Shown piece after piece: positions 47,988-59,722 of a stretch of DNA of 64,000 nt. Numbering within the stretch: position 1 is the stretch's first letter; each line of letters opens with the position of its first letter. The stretch is from the NCBI RefSeq assembly GCF_000372725.1, contig NW_005202428.1, positions 1 through 64,000 on the forward strand. Reading direction: 5' to 3'. This stretch comes from Emiliania huxleyi CCMP1516 (taxonomy: Eukaryota). Position numbers and translations under genes: made by a program. The notes beneath the pieces are model-generated. The model saw nothing but the letters and a program-made list of their open reading frames with translations. It was not told the origin of the DNA and did not search any database.

Positions 47988-50900
47988 ATGGGGGCGCGCA
48001 GGACGCCGCCGCACGGCTCGCACGGCAGCGCGGACATCTCCCACGATGCGGACTCCTACCCTCAGGAGGTCGAGGTCGGCAACGTCGAGTACAAGCTGAA
48101 GCTCGTCTCGCCGACGCCGGCGCGCTTCCAGCAGCTGGTGACGCAGCTGGCTTACCGGCTTGCCGAGGGGCGGGGCCGTGCGGTTTACCTCCTCGGCGTG
48201 GAGGACGACGGCGCGCTCCACGGTCTCTGCCCTCGCGACATGTCCGCGTCGCTTGGCACTCTCCGCCGGATGTGCGGCCACGTTTCGGCGCGTATGGTGG
48301 TCGCCGCGCAGCGGACCAAGGGCGTGCCGACGGGGCGGATAGCCGAGGTGCGAATCGAGCAGTTTGCGGAGTGCGCGCAGGTGGAGGTGCGGATCGCGGT
48401 GCTGGGCAGCGCCCAGGCGGGCAAGTCTTCGGTGGTGGGCGTCCTCGCGGGAGGCCCAGGCGCGCTTCTTTGGCAGCACAGAACCCTCCGTTGCGCTCAG
48501 CAGTCTGCGACTCACACCGGTCCGGTGGTGGGGCAGGCGCGCTCGACGACGGCAAGGGCTCCGCGCGGACGCTCGTGATGCGGCACATGCACGAGCTGGA
48601 GACAGGCGCAACGTCCTCCATCTCACAGCAAGTGCTCGGCTTTGACGGCGCCTGCCGGCTGCTCAGCTGTGAACAGCGTCTCTTCACACCTCCTGCTGTG
48701 AACAGGTGCTCGGCTTTGACGGCGCCTGCCGGCTGCTCAACTGGACGGAGGAGCTGTGAACAGCGTCTCTTCACACCTCTTGCCGTGAATAGGCGCCTCG
48801 CGCCTGCTCAACTGGACGGAGGAGCTGGCGCGCACGACGTCGGAGCTGTGCGCCTCCTCGTCGCGGGTGATGACGCTGCTCGATCTCTGCGGCGAAGGCA
48901 GCTACTAATTAACTATTCATTAACTATTAATTAGTTGTTAATTAACTATTGATTACGCTGCTGGACCTCTGCGGCGAAGGCAGCTACTCACGCAACCACA
49001 CAGCCCCGGGCCCCAAGATCGCACACGCACGGGCGGTCGAGAAGGGAGAGACAGCGGCGGCAGTCAGAAGGCAGCACTGCGTCCCAGGAAGGCGAATGCG
49101 AGGCCGGCCTCAAGTGTCGCTGCCCACAGCCAGTCCAGTCCAGCCTTACACACACCGAGGCACGGAGCACGGGCCCACGCGCACACACACGCGCGGCTAC
49201 ACACTCCCCACGCTCGCCGCACACGAGCGGCGCGACAAGCCGACGCGAGGCCACTCTGTGGCACCGGCCACAGTCACGTCTGTGTCGGCCGGCGCCTCCC
49301 CCACGCCACAGGCCGCTACCCCAAGACGACGCTGTGAATTCACTACGGATTGGGTATGACTGAACGATGAATCAGGCCGGTTTCTCAAGACGACGCTCGC
49401 GGGTCTGACCGCGCACGCGCCTGACTACGCGCTGCTCTGCGTCGGGGCGGACGCCGGCATTCATTAACGATTAATTAAATACTAATTAGCTATTAATTAG
49501 GCGCTGCTCTGCGTCGGGGCGGACGTCGGCATCACCGCGGCCACGCGGCTCCACGCGCTGCTTGCGGCGGGGCAGGGCGTCCTAGAAGCAGAGGACGTGT
49601 TCTTGTCTCCCGACTAGCGCCCGAGAGGACACGTCTTCAGCCGTGCTCATCCGTATTCCGCTGCACTCACCTGTGTCACTGTCCGTTGTCTTCCCGCGGT
49701 GCTCTGAATACGCTGCGCAGAACCGCCCTGAGGCTGGTGTCTTCAGCGCGTAGGCTGGGCGTGCCCGTCGTGGCGCTGCTCTGCAAGGCGGGCGTGGTGG
49801 ACGACACCTCATTCACAGCTCAATCAGAGTCCATTCAGAGTGAACTAACGATGAATTAGGCGGACGTGGCGGACGCCACCTCGCTGGGCAACCTCGCCGA
49901 GGCGACGCTGCGGCTGCTGGCGGAGTGCGGCCTGCCGTCCCCGCTCTACCTCGAGAGCGAGGCCGAGCTCGAGGCGAGATGTAGCCGAGAGGCAGCCGAG
50001 AGGCAGCCGAGAGGCAGCCGAGAGGCAGCCGAGAGGCAGCCGAGAGGCAGCCGAGAGGCAGCCGAGAGGCAGCCGAGAGGCAGCCGAGAGGCAGCCGAGA
50101 GGCAGCCGAGAGGCAGCCGAGAGGCAGCGGGGAGGCAGCCGAGAGGCAGCGGAGATGCGGATACACCCCTCGCCAGCCCCCCTCGCCAAGAGAGGGGCGG
50201 CGTGCGCCGGTCGAACGAGCGGTGCTTCGTCGACTCTTTCCCTACTACTATGTTCACAGTTCACCCACACTGACTACACATTGGTGAGCCACACATTGAT
50301 GAACCAGCGGTGCCTCCGCCAGGCGGCGATGCTGGCCGAGCCCCCCCTAATTAATTAATTCATCAATCAATTAGTTAATTCATTTACTTAGGCGGCGGTG
50401 CTGGCCGAGCCGCCCCCCTTCTCTGCGCACTGCCCCTGCCTCGCCCTCCCGCCCAGCGGCGCGGACGGCGGCAGCGAGGACGACAGCGGCGGCGCCGAGC
50501 CGGACGCCGCCGCCGCCGGCGGCGGCGGAGGCGGCGGCGGCGGCGGAGGCGGCGGAGGCGGCGGAGGCGGCGGAGGCGGCGGAGGCGGCGGAGGCGGCGG
50601 CGGCGGCGGAGGCGGCGGAGGCGGCGGAGGCGGCGGAGGCGGCGGAGGCGGCGGAGGCGGCGGAGGCGGCGGAGGCGGCGGCGGCGGAGGCGGCGGCGGC
50701 GGCGGCGGCGGTGGCGGCGGCGGATGCGGCGGTGGGGGCGGTGGGGGCGGTGGGGGCGGCTTCGGCGCTGGCGACGGGGGCGCGGGCGGCGTCACCGGCA
50801 GCGGCGAGGTGGGAGGCGAGGCGGGGGGCTCTGCCGTCCTGCTCTCCTCCTCTCTGCCGACGGCGGGGTCGACGGCTTCGATGCGCAGTTGTGGAAGCAG

Positions 50901-53900
50901 CGACGGCGGCGGGCCCTAGAGAAGCGGAGCACGTATCTCCCCATATCTCGCCGCCCCAGAGAAGCGGAGCGCGTATCTCCCCATATCTCGCCGCCCCAGA
51001 GAAGCGGAGCGCGTATCTCGCCATATCTCGCCGCCCTAGAGAAGCGGAGCGCGTATCTCCCCATATCTCGCCGCCCCAGAGAAGCGGAGCACGTATCTCC
51101 CCATATCTCGCCGCCCCAGAGAAGCGGAGCGCGTATCTCCCCATATCTCGCCGCCCCAGAGAAGCGGAGCGCGTATCTCCCCATATCTCGCCGCCCCAGA
51201 GAAGCGGAGCGCGTATCTCCCCATATCTCGCCGCCCCAGAGAAGCGGAGCGCGTATCTCCCCATATCTCGCCGCCCCAGAGAAGCGGAGCGCGTATCTCC
51301 CCATATCTCGCCGCCCCAGAGAAGCGGAGCGCGTATCTTCCCATATCTCGCCGCCCCAGAGAAGCGGAGCGCGTATCTCCCCATATCTCGCCGCCCTAGA
51401 GAAGCGGAGCGCGTATCTCCCCATATCTCGCCGCCCCAGAGAAGCGGAGCACGTATCTCCCCATATCTCGCCGCCCCAGAGAAGCGGAGCGCGTATCTCC
51501 CCATATCTCGCCGCGCCAGAGAAGCGGAGCGCGTATCTCCCCATATCTCGCCGCCCCAGAGAAGCGGAGCGCGTATCTCCCCATATCTCGCCGCCCCAGA
51601 GAAGCGGAGCGCGTATCTCTCCATATCTCGCACGCCCTAGACTCCCTAGAAGCTGACGCAGCACGCACTCTTGCACTCCAACCGGCGCTCGAGAGGGCAC
51701 GGACTCCGCGCCGCATTCGGCCGTTGCTCCGCTGCAGCTCTGCTGTAGCTCTGCTGTAGTCACTGTGTGCTCGCAGCACCTCGTCCTCACGCTGGGTGCT
51801 CTGACTACTCTGCACAATGCCTGCTCTGATACTCTGCACAATGCCTGCTATGATACTCTGCACAATGCCTGCTCTGATACTCTGCACAATGCCTGCTCTG
51901 ATACTCTGCACAATGCCTGCTATGATACTCTGCACAATGCCTGCTCTGATACTCTGCACAATGCCTGCTATGGTACTCTGCACAATGCCTGCTCTGATAC
52001 TCTGCACAATGCCTGCTCTGATACTCTGCACAATGCCTGCTCTGACTACTCTGCACAATGCCTGCTATGATACTCTGCACAATGCCTGTGCTCTGACTAC
52101 TCTGCACAATGCCTGCTCTGATACTCTGCACAATTCCTGCTATGACTACTCTGCACAATGCCTGCTATGATACTCTGCACAATTCCTGCTATGACTACTC
52201 TGCACAATGCCTGCTCTGATACTCTGCACAATGCCTGCTCTGACTACTCTGCACAATGCCGCCTCCCCGCCCCGAGGGTCAACCGGCATTCTTTGCGCAG
52301 GCGGGGGAGGGTCGACTGGCGGAACAGAGGAGGCGGGCGACGGCGCCACGTCGGCGCAGGCGGAGGCTGTCACGCCGCTGCTCGGGCCCCTAGAAGCGGA
52401 AGATCTCCCCATATCTCCCCCCGTATCTCCCCACATCTCGGACCCCTAGTAGCGGGAGGCGCACTCGGAAGTCACTCGGACCAGCGCTCGAGAGGACGCG
52501 GACTCCGCTGCACTCCGCCGCAGTCGGCTGGGTTCGCTGTGTCCGTAGCCCCTCGTACTCCACGCCGGTGCTCTTCATTGCACTGCGCACGACACCGCAT
52601 TCCCGCGCCGAGAGGGCGGTGTGTCCAGCGCTCCGGCTCGGCATCTCTGCGCGGTCCGGGGGGCCTCTTAGTCCACCATTAGTGGTTGATGCCTTGAGAA
52701 TTCACCACGAGTGAGTGGCAGGCTCGGCATCTCTGCGCGGTCCGGCTAGTAGTGAATTACGTAATCATTCTTACTTGTTGATTTACCACGAGTGGCAGGC
52801 TCGGCATCTCTGCGCGGTCCGGAGCCGGCCTCCCCCTGCTCATCCGCACTCTCGGGCGGCTCCCGCCCCGCGACTGGGGACTTCTGCAAGGCGACGACAC
52901 GCCGCCGCCTCTGTTCTCTGCGTCGGGGGTGTGCGCCCGCAGTGGACGGACCGTCGGGTGGAGCTGATGATAGGAGGGCGGCTGCTGCTCTCCATCGACG
53001 GGTGCCACATGCCGCGCTCCGCTGCCCCCGTGCTCAAGGTTCGGGTACCGTGGGGGTAGGGGATGGGTGCGGGTACCGTGGGGGTAGGGGATGGGTGCGG
53101 GTACCGTGGGGGTAGGGGATGGGTTCGGGTACCGTGGGGGTAGGGGATGGGTTCGGGTACCGTGGGGGTAGGGGATGGGTGCGGGTACCGTGGGGGTAGG
53201 GGATGGGGAGAGCCCTGCTGACTCGTAGCCGGTTGACGGTGACTAGGACGACGACCCTTGGGTCTGCGACGCGCGGGAGTGCGGCGGGGAGGCGCCGGAG
53301 CCTAGAAGCGGACGATCTCCCCATATCTCCCCCCGTATCTCCCCCGTATCTCCCCCACACCTGGCAGCGCGGAGCCTAGAAGCGGAAGACGCACTCTTGT
53401 CCTCCAACCAGCGCTCGAGAGGACACGCACTCATCCGCGCTCCGCCGTATTCAGCCGTGGCATGGTCGCTGTCTCCGCACCCCGTGGTCGCTGCTTCCGC
53501 ACCCCGTGTGCGCCACGCGGAGCTCGGCGTACACTGCACAAGACCGCCAGGCTGGCGTGTTCGCACCGTAGGAGCCGGAGCCGTGCGATGGGCCCGTCGT
53601 CTCAGGCAGACTGCTACCCATCTCGGCTGCATCTCGGCCACACCTCGGCTGTCTCTCGGCGATCTGTCGCGCACATCTGTGGAGCTCGCTCAAGTGCCGC
53701 TCGCGCGCGGGGGGGGCGCTCTATCTCCCCATATCTCCCCACACCTCCCTGTATCTCCCCGTATCTCGGCCCAGGCACGCTGCTGCGCGGCGCACTCTGC
53801 GCGCGCGCCGCCGTCCCCTCGCCCGCCCCCGGCCGGTTGCTCGTCGGCCCCGACGCGCGCGGGCGTTGGGCGCCGGCGACGCTGCGGTCGATCAAGTACA

Positions 53901-55291
53901 AGGAGCTCGGTGTCGGCCGTGCGGTCGCCGGCCAGTCCGCCACCGTCAGCTTGCAGGTCGCCCTAGCGGGTACCGTGGGGGGTAGGGGACGGGTGCGGGT
54001 GCCGTGGGGGTAGGCCAGTCCGCCACGGTCAGCTTGCAGGTCGGCGCCCTAGGGTTCGGGTCCCGGGGGGGTAGGGGATGGTTCGGGCTACCGTGGGGTA
54101 GGGGAGTCCGCCACGGTAAGCTTGCACGTTGCGGCACGCCCCCCCGCGCTGCCCCTCCCCCCCCCCCCCCCCCCTGAGCGTGCAGCTTGGCGTGTGTGCG
54201 CGGTTTGTGCCGCGCCCTCCTCCGCCGCGTGAGTGCGCCTCCCGTCTCGCAGGTTGCGGACGGCGGCGGCTTCAAGCTGCGGCGCGGCATGGTCCTCGTC
54301 GACGAGCGCACGCGGCCGGCGCCGAGCGCCGTGTGCGAGTTCGGGGACGTCTCCGCCACACGTCGGTGACATGTCCGAGACACGCCCGCAGGCGCCGTCC
54401 GCCGTGTGGGAGTTCACCGCGCGCGTGACGGCGATCCAGCTGCCGGCCGAGGTCGTGGCTTACTTCATACTGATTCATGGTAATTAATTAGTTAATAAGA
54501 TCCAGCTGCCGGCCAAGGTCGTGGCTTAATTAATACTGATTCATGGTAATTAATTAGTTAATAAGATCCAGCTGCCGGCCAAGGTCGTGGCTTAATTAAT
54601 ACTGATTCATGGTAGTTAACTAATTAATACTAAGATCCAGCTGCCGGCCAAGGTCGTGGCTGGCGCGGAGCTCGTGCTGTACTGTCTGGGCGTCAAGCAG
54701 GTCGCGCGCGTGCTGCCCGCCGTCAGGAGCGGCGACGCGTCGCCGCCGCACTCTTCCGCCCGAAGTGGCAGCGGAGGCAGCGAGAGCAGAGGCAGCGGAG
54801 GCAGCGAGAGCAGAGGCAGCGGCGGCAGCGGGGGCGGAGGCAGCGGAGGCAGCGAGAGCAGAGGCAGCGGCGGCAGCGGGGGCGGAGGCAGGGGGGGCGA
54901 GGGGAGGGGCGGTGAGGGCAGGGGGGCGGAGGCGAGGGGCGACGGCGACAGCGGCGGCGGGCTGCTCCTCCGGTGCCGCGCCGCGCGGCGTCCTTCTTTT
55001 CTGACCGCTGGCTTTGCGGGGTGTAGGGCTGCTCCGGTACGGCGGCACACAGCTGCTGCGGCTCCGCTTCGTCCACGCGGCGGAGTACTTGCTCGTGGGC
55101 GCCGCTGCTCACAGTGAACGAGGGGCGCGCCGGTGGGAGAGCGGCTGCTCACCGGCTGGCTGTGAACAGGCGCCGCGTGTGTGCTGCGCGAGGGTTCTGC
55201 AGGAGGGCGCGACCTCGGCGTCGCCGTCGGCCGAATACACGCCACCGCAAGCGCGCCAGAGTGCGGCGAGGAGCAGCAGCAGGGAACTTAG
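47988..55291 (+). CDS. GTPBP2: GTPBP1/GTPBP2-family translational GTPase, highly intron-rich
   Basis: [42 protein letters not shown]...AGKSS, LDDGKG.AR....RH.HE.ETG.TSSIS, LLDLCGE, FLKTT, PDYALL, GP...G.W, AGQSAT, LRRGMVL, WEF.A and REG...GVAVG; stop at 55289-55291. Paralog assignment is tentative. Confidence 0.85.
50917..51630. repeat. 40-bp intronic minisatellite (about 18 copies)
   Basis: Unit GAAGCGGAGCGCGTATCTCCCCATATCTCGCCGCCCCAGA. Confidence 0.95.
51798..52260. repeat. 24-bp intronic minisatellite
   Basis: Unit ACTCTGCACAATGCCTGCTMTGAT. Confidence 0.95.
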
Positions 55292-55493
55292 CTGCACCGG
55301 GCGACTCCCACCCGGGAGTTCTTCCTACTCGCCGGAGGTGCCATCGCAGAACGACCATAGTCGTCGCCGCCGAAGTAGACGAGCCCAAAAGGCGCGCAGG
55401 GCCGCAGCTGGTTGGCGATTTTATTAGAGGCGTGTGAAGCAGCGACGCGAGCGCAGCGCGCGCTCTGGGCAGCCTGGAAATAAATGTTGGGCT

Positions 55494-57708
55494 CTGTCAG
55501 TCGTGACAGAAAAAAAACTCGGACCCACGAAGACAAGGAGCGCGCGCCAATGGCCGCCTCCGTGACACTCCCACCTCCTGGGCCGGCGCGGGAGTTTTAC
55601 TGCCGAGTTTCTCCCGGCCGGCCGCCTCCTGACACGCCCACTGACCGAGCCCATCGAAAAAAATTCGGCGCGCCGCACTGCTCTGGAGCGAGTGACGGGT
55701 AATCGTGGCCGTGGCCAAGAAACTCAAAATATTAAGCTCTCTATTTGGACCACGGCGAAAAACTCGACGGTTTTGGGCGTTTCAGAGCACGCTGAATCGA
55801 TTGGCTAAGCTAGAACTCTCCCTCTCCCTTTCCTTTCATAATTATTGACTCAAAACTCGATGATCGCGCGATTTTGGAGAAGTTCTAGCTTAGCCAAAAC
55901 GTTCCTCTCGAAAAGTTGACTTAGGAAGCCGCAAACGGCAGCTTCTCAAAGCCTCACCGGCGCTTATTCTCTTGATCTTTCAAAACCTAGGCCTGCGGCC
56001 AAAATTTTCTAAAGGCCGCTGCGCGGCCAGCGCAATGCGCAACCAGTCAGCGACCGACAGTCAGCAGCAGACTGTGACGATTGGCGGCCTCGCGCCCTCA
56101 GTCGACCTCCTCTACCAACTCCCCTGCCCAGCCCATATGCCTCATCCACGGTGGCGCAACCACTCGCGCAGGGAGAGAGAGAAAGTCGGCGATCTGCGCC
56201 GTGCAGATGAGCTCCGCCTCGTCTGCGTCGAGGACGCCCATCGCAGGGCTGTCATAGCGCCATTGCATATGACGTACTGCATGTTGTTCATTACTTCGCA
56301 GGTGCCAAAGTCGAGGATAATCTCACTCAGCGATGGCGAAGGCTGCACTCCCGGCCGGCGGTAGGAGGGATGAAGGTTAATGTACTTCGCAGTGTACAGT
56401 GCCTTCCGGCGCGAACAGTGCCCGGGACGAAAGAGGAGGCGACGTCTCCCTCGTCCATGGACGGTGTAGCCAGCTTGAGAGACGGGAACGAACGGCGGTG
56501 AATCGCCGACAGCGGCGCCTTCGTTCCTTTCCAGTGAATCGCCGGCGGGTGCCCTGACTGAGCGTTGTATCTGTCGGCCAGTTGCCGCACCGCCGGCAGC
56601 AGCTCCGCAGCAGCCGCCCAGATGGCGCCGGTTAGGACAGGAGCGAAGCCGCGTGGACACGGCTGAGCGACGCCGTGCGTCTCGTTTGGATGCTGCAGGC
56701 ATGCCGGGCAGCGCGCGTGCTCCATCCATACCGCGTCGGGCGCCCGCCGAAATCTTCGATTTCTTCGGCGTAGGGGACCAAAAAACCCTGAAAATTTTCT
56801 TCGCCTGCGGCGGGCAATTAATTTCGATACTTTCGCTTTCACAGCTCTTTCACACGCCTTTATCCGTCACTCGCTCTCTGACCCCTGCTCGCCCCTGCTC
56901 GCCCCTGCTCGCCACTGTCGCCTCGGTTGCCGAGGCTGCCGCGCACCCGCGCGCTACGCGACTACGAACTGCACCAGCTGGGCTCGAACCAACGACCAAA
57001 ACGTCCCCGACCCGAACGCTGCACCAACTAGGCCACACCGCAGGCTCGATATGCAATACGCACAAAACTGGCCGCTCATAAAGCACTACTCATTTGCCGA
57101 GGCCACGCGGCGCCCCTCCACAGCCAGCCTACCCTCCTATCGCGCCACTCGAAGCCCCGCGGCCGCCTCTCGCCTACCGCGCTGCCCTCGCCTGCCACCG
57201 CACCGCCCGCGCTCCAGCCTAACCAGCTCTGCATCTCGCAACACACACTTGACAGGGACAGACCAGGCGCAGGAAAAGGGAGCGGGGCCCGAATCCAAGG
57301 GACCACCCCGTCGGGCGGAGGAGCTGTGAACTCAGGTCCAGCAGGAAGGCTGCTGGCTCCTGACTCATCCCCCAAATCCCCCACACCTTGGCGGCCTGAA
57401 ACCTTACCATTCCGACACCTCACACACACCCCTCCCCTAGGGCTAAGCAGTGCGCGAGCCCACCCGACTTCAGGCGAGACGTTGACCACTCCTTTGGAAC
57501 AGTTCTGTCAGTGGCTGCACTAGACGCCCACAGAGGCGCGCGGCGCGGGCAGATGACTAGGGGAGAAAAAGCGGAGAACCTAGCTCGCTGGGAGATGTGC
57601 GCAACCTAAAGTCGGGAATAGGGGAGAAGTGTCAGTGTGAGGGGAGGGCGTAGGCTGGCGTTTTTGCCTTTGAAAACTGAACAGTTTTTTTTTCTGTCAG
57701 TCGTGACA
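55494..57708. mobile_element. Putative ~2.2-kb composite TIR element
   Basis: CTGTCAGTCGTGACAGAAAAAAAACT (55494-55519) and AGTTTTTTTTTCTGTCAGTCGTGACAG (57682-57708) form imperfect inverted termini. No TSD identified. Confidence 0.5.
56970..57042 (-). pseudogene. tRNA-derived sequence (tRNA pseudogene or SINE head)
   Basis: A-box TGGCCTAGTTGG and T-arm GTTGG-TTCGAGC-CCAGC at tRNA spacing. The anticodon and acceptor stems do not pair properly. Confidence 0.6.
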
Positions 57709-58173
57709 GGGAGTCCGCTGCTTGCAGTTTAAATGTTTCCCCTTACCTTACCTTTTTCCCTAAGCGTAAGCCGTATGTTCGGGGGGGGGTTCCACCCAGC
57801 GAAGACTGAGCGGGAAGAGCTTCCTCAGCCACTCGATGTGGGCAAAGCCGTGCTTCCCGCGAGCGCGCTCGTCGCGCATCCGCTCGTGGTGGGCCTGCCG
57901 ACGCGCCACGCCGGCGCCCGTGTGCCTCGCCGCCGCGTCCGCCTCCGTCCGGCGCCGGCATCGATCGCTGCCACAGGGCGTTCCACAGGTCGTCCCAACA
58001 GGTCGTCCCACAAGAGCGGACGCATCCGAACCGCCGCATTTCGCCCGCCGAAAAGTCTCCCACTCGCGCCCTCCCCAAACCCAAATGCTCTCCTCTCTCT
58101 CTTTGACTCATTCGTGACTTTGTACATACATACAAAAAGAAATATATATGCGAATAGCGTCGAAGAGAGACCG

Positions 58174-59558
58174 CTGAGCCCTGGCTGTCAGGCTGTCAGG
58201 TGCTGTCAGGTGATCTGTCAGGCTGTCGGGCAGCTGTCAGGCGCTGTCAGGTGCCTCTGTCAGACCAGCTGTCGGGTGCTGTCAGTGCTGTCAGGTGCTG
58301 TCGGGTGCGTGTCTGACATCAGAGGGGATCTGTAGCTGTCAGGTGCTGTCGGAGCTGTCGGGTGTTGCTGTCAGACGCTGTCGGAGCTGTCAGAGCTGTC
58401 AGGCTGCTGCTGCTGTCAGACGTTGGGCTGTTGCTGTCAGGTGCTGTCAGGTGGTGCTGTCGGGTGCTGTCAGGCTCTGACACACACCAGCCACACTTAT
58501 GACACTATCAAGAGGAGACCAGCAGGACTCTGCTGCACATACTCTAGTCTCTACTCTGCCTCCGGTCCCACCATCTTCTTCATGGTGGACGTCACCATCT
58601 TCTTGTCTGCCGCACTGAGAGAATAGCAGAGAGGCAGGGTGGAGTGCTTCTTCAGGTACACCTTGCTGATGATCTGGTAGTTGCTGGTCCAGCGGAAGGC
58701 CTCCCCATCGTTGTCGCTCGTCAGTAGTACTTGCACGCTCTGTTCTGGTAGCGCGGGCCGTCTGGGGGGGTCCCGTCACCCTTCACCTCACGGTACCACC
58801 GGAGGATAAAGAGGCCCTTGGGGTCGTTGATGAAGACCCCGTTGCTGCGCTGACTCATCGAGAGCTGGCGCAGGTACTCTGCGCTCGAGCTGCCAGTGGC
58901 GCGGCGCGCGTCTACGCCGGCGGCTACGCAGCTGCCCCCCTCCTACGGCGTGATCACGCCGGCAGCGGCGGCCGCCTGGGGAGCGCAGATGGCGGCGCAG
59001 GCGCAGGCGGCGGCGGCACAGACGGCGGCGGCCACCCCCACCCAGACGCTGTAGGCATATGGCTGTAGGGCCCCAGAAGGCTAGCTGGTAGCTTCATTTG
59101 TAAGGTAAGGTAAGGTACCTTGCTTCATTTGTAGTAGCACAGCCGCGGGTCCGCAGAGGTGGGGCGGGAGGGTTGAGAGAGAGACCCATGACCAACCCAT
59201 GACTACATGAACCACACACACATGTCTTTGCATGTAATAGTTTTGTTATACCCTCATGGGGCACAAGAAAGAGGCTGCACGGACTGTGTACGGTCTGTGC
59301 TGCTGTCGGGCTGGTCGGGCTGTCGGGCTGTCAGCGCTGCTGTCAGGCCGCTGTGTGCTGTCGGGCTGTCGGGCAGCTGTCAGGCTGTCAGGTTAGGGCC
59401 TGACAGCGACGGGACGCCTCTGATGTCAGGCTCTGCTGTCAGGCTGTCAGATACGTGCTGTCAGGCTGTCAGAGAAAGTGCTGTCAACGCTGTCAGGCTG
59501 TCGGGCACTGTCAGGCGCTGTCCGGGGTTTGCTGTCAGGCTGTCAGACCAGGGCTCAG
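58174..59558. mobile_element. Non-autonomous hAT- or MULE-like element with subterminal CTGTCAG arrays and internal gene fragments
   Basis: TIR CTGAGCCCTGG/CCAGGGCTCAG. TSD AGAGACCG (58166-58173, 59559-59566), or 10-bp GAGAGACCGC if the TIR is one base shorter. CTGTCRG arrays at 58185-58480 and 59300-59547. Confidence 0.88.
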
Positions 59559-59722
59559 AGAGACCGCGTACCGCGAGGAGGACCGAGGGGCACACGGTAG
59601 AGCTGGCGGCCCCAGTGTGTCAAGAAGTGTACACGGTACACGCTGCACGTACACCCTACAGCCTGGTGCAGCATGAGTGTACGGGCGAGACCGAGAGAGC
59701 CGTCACCCGTCCACTCCCAGAG

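Noticed and set aside
50380..52170. Long ORFs of 200-417 aa over the 40-bp and 24-bp arrays and the GGC tract
   Set aside because: They are stop-free translations of satellites within GTPBP introns or low-complexity sequence.
56970..57042. Functional tRNA gene
   Set aside because: No proper anticodon stem-loop and poor acceptor-stem pairing; kept only as tRNA-derived.
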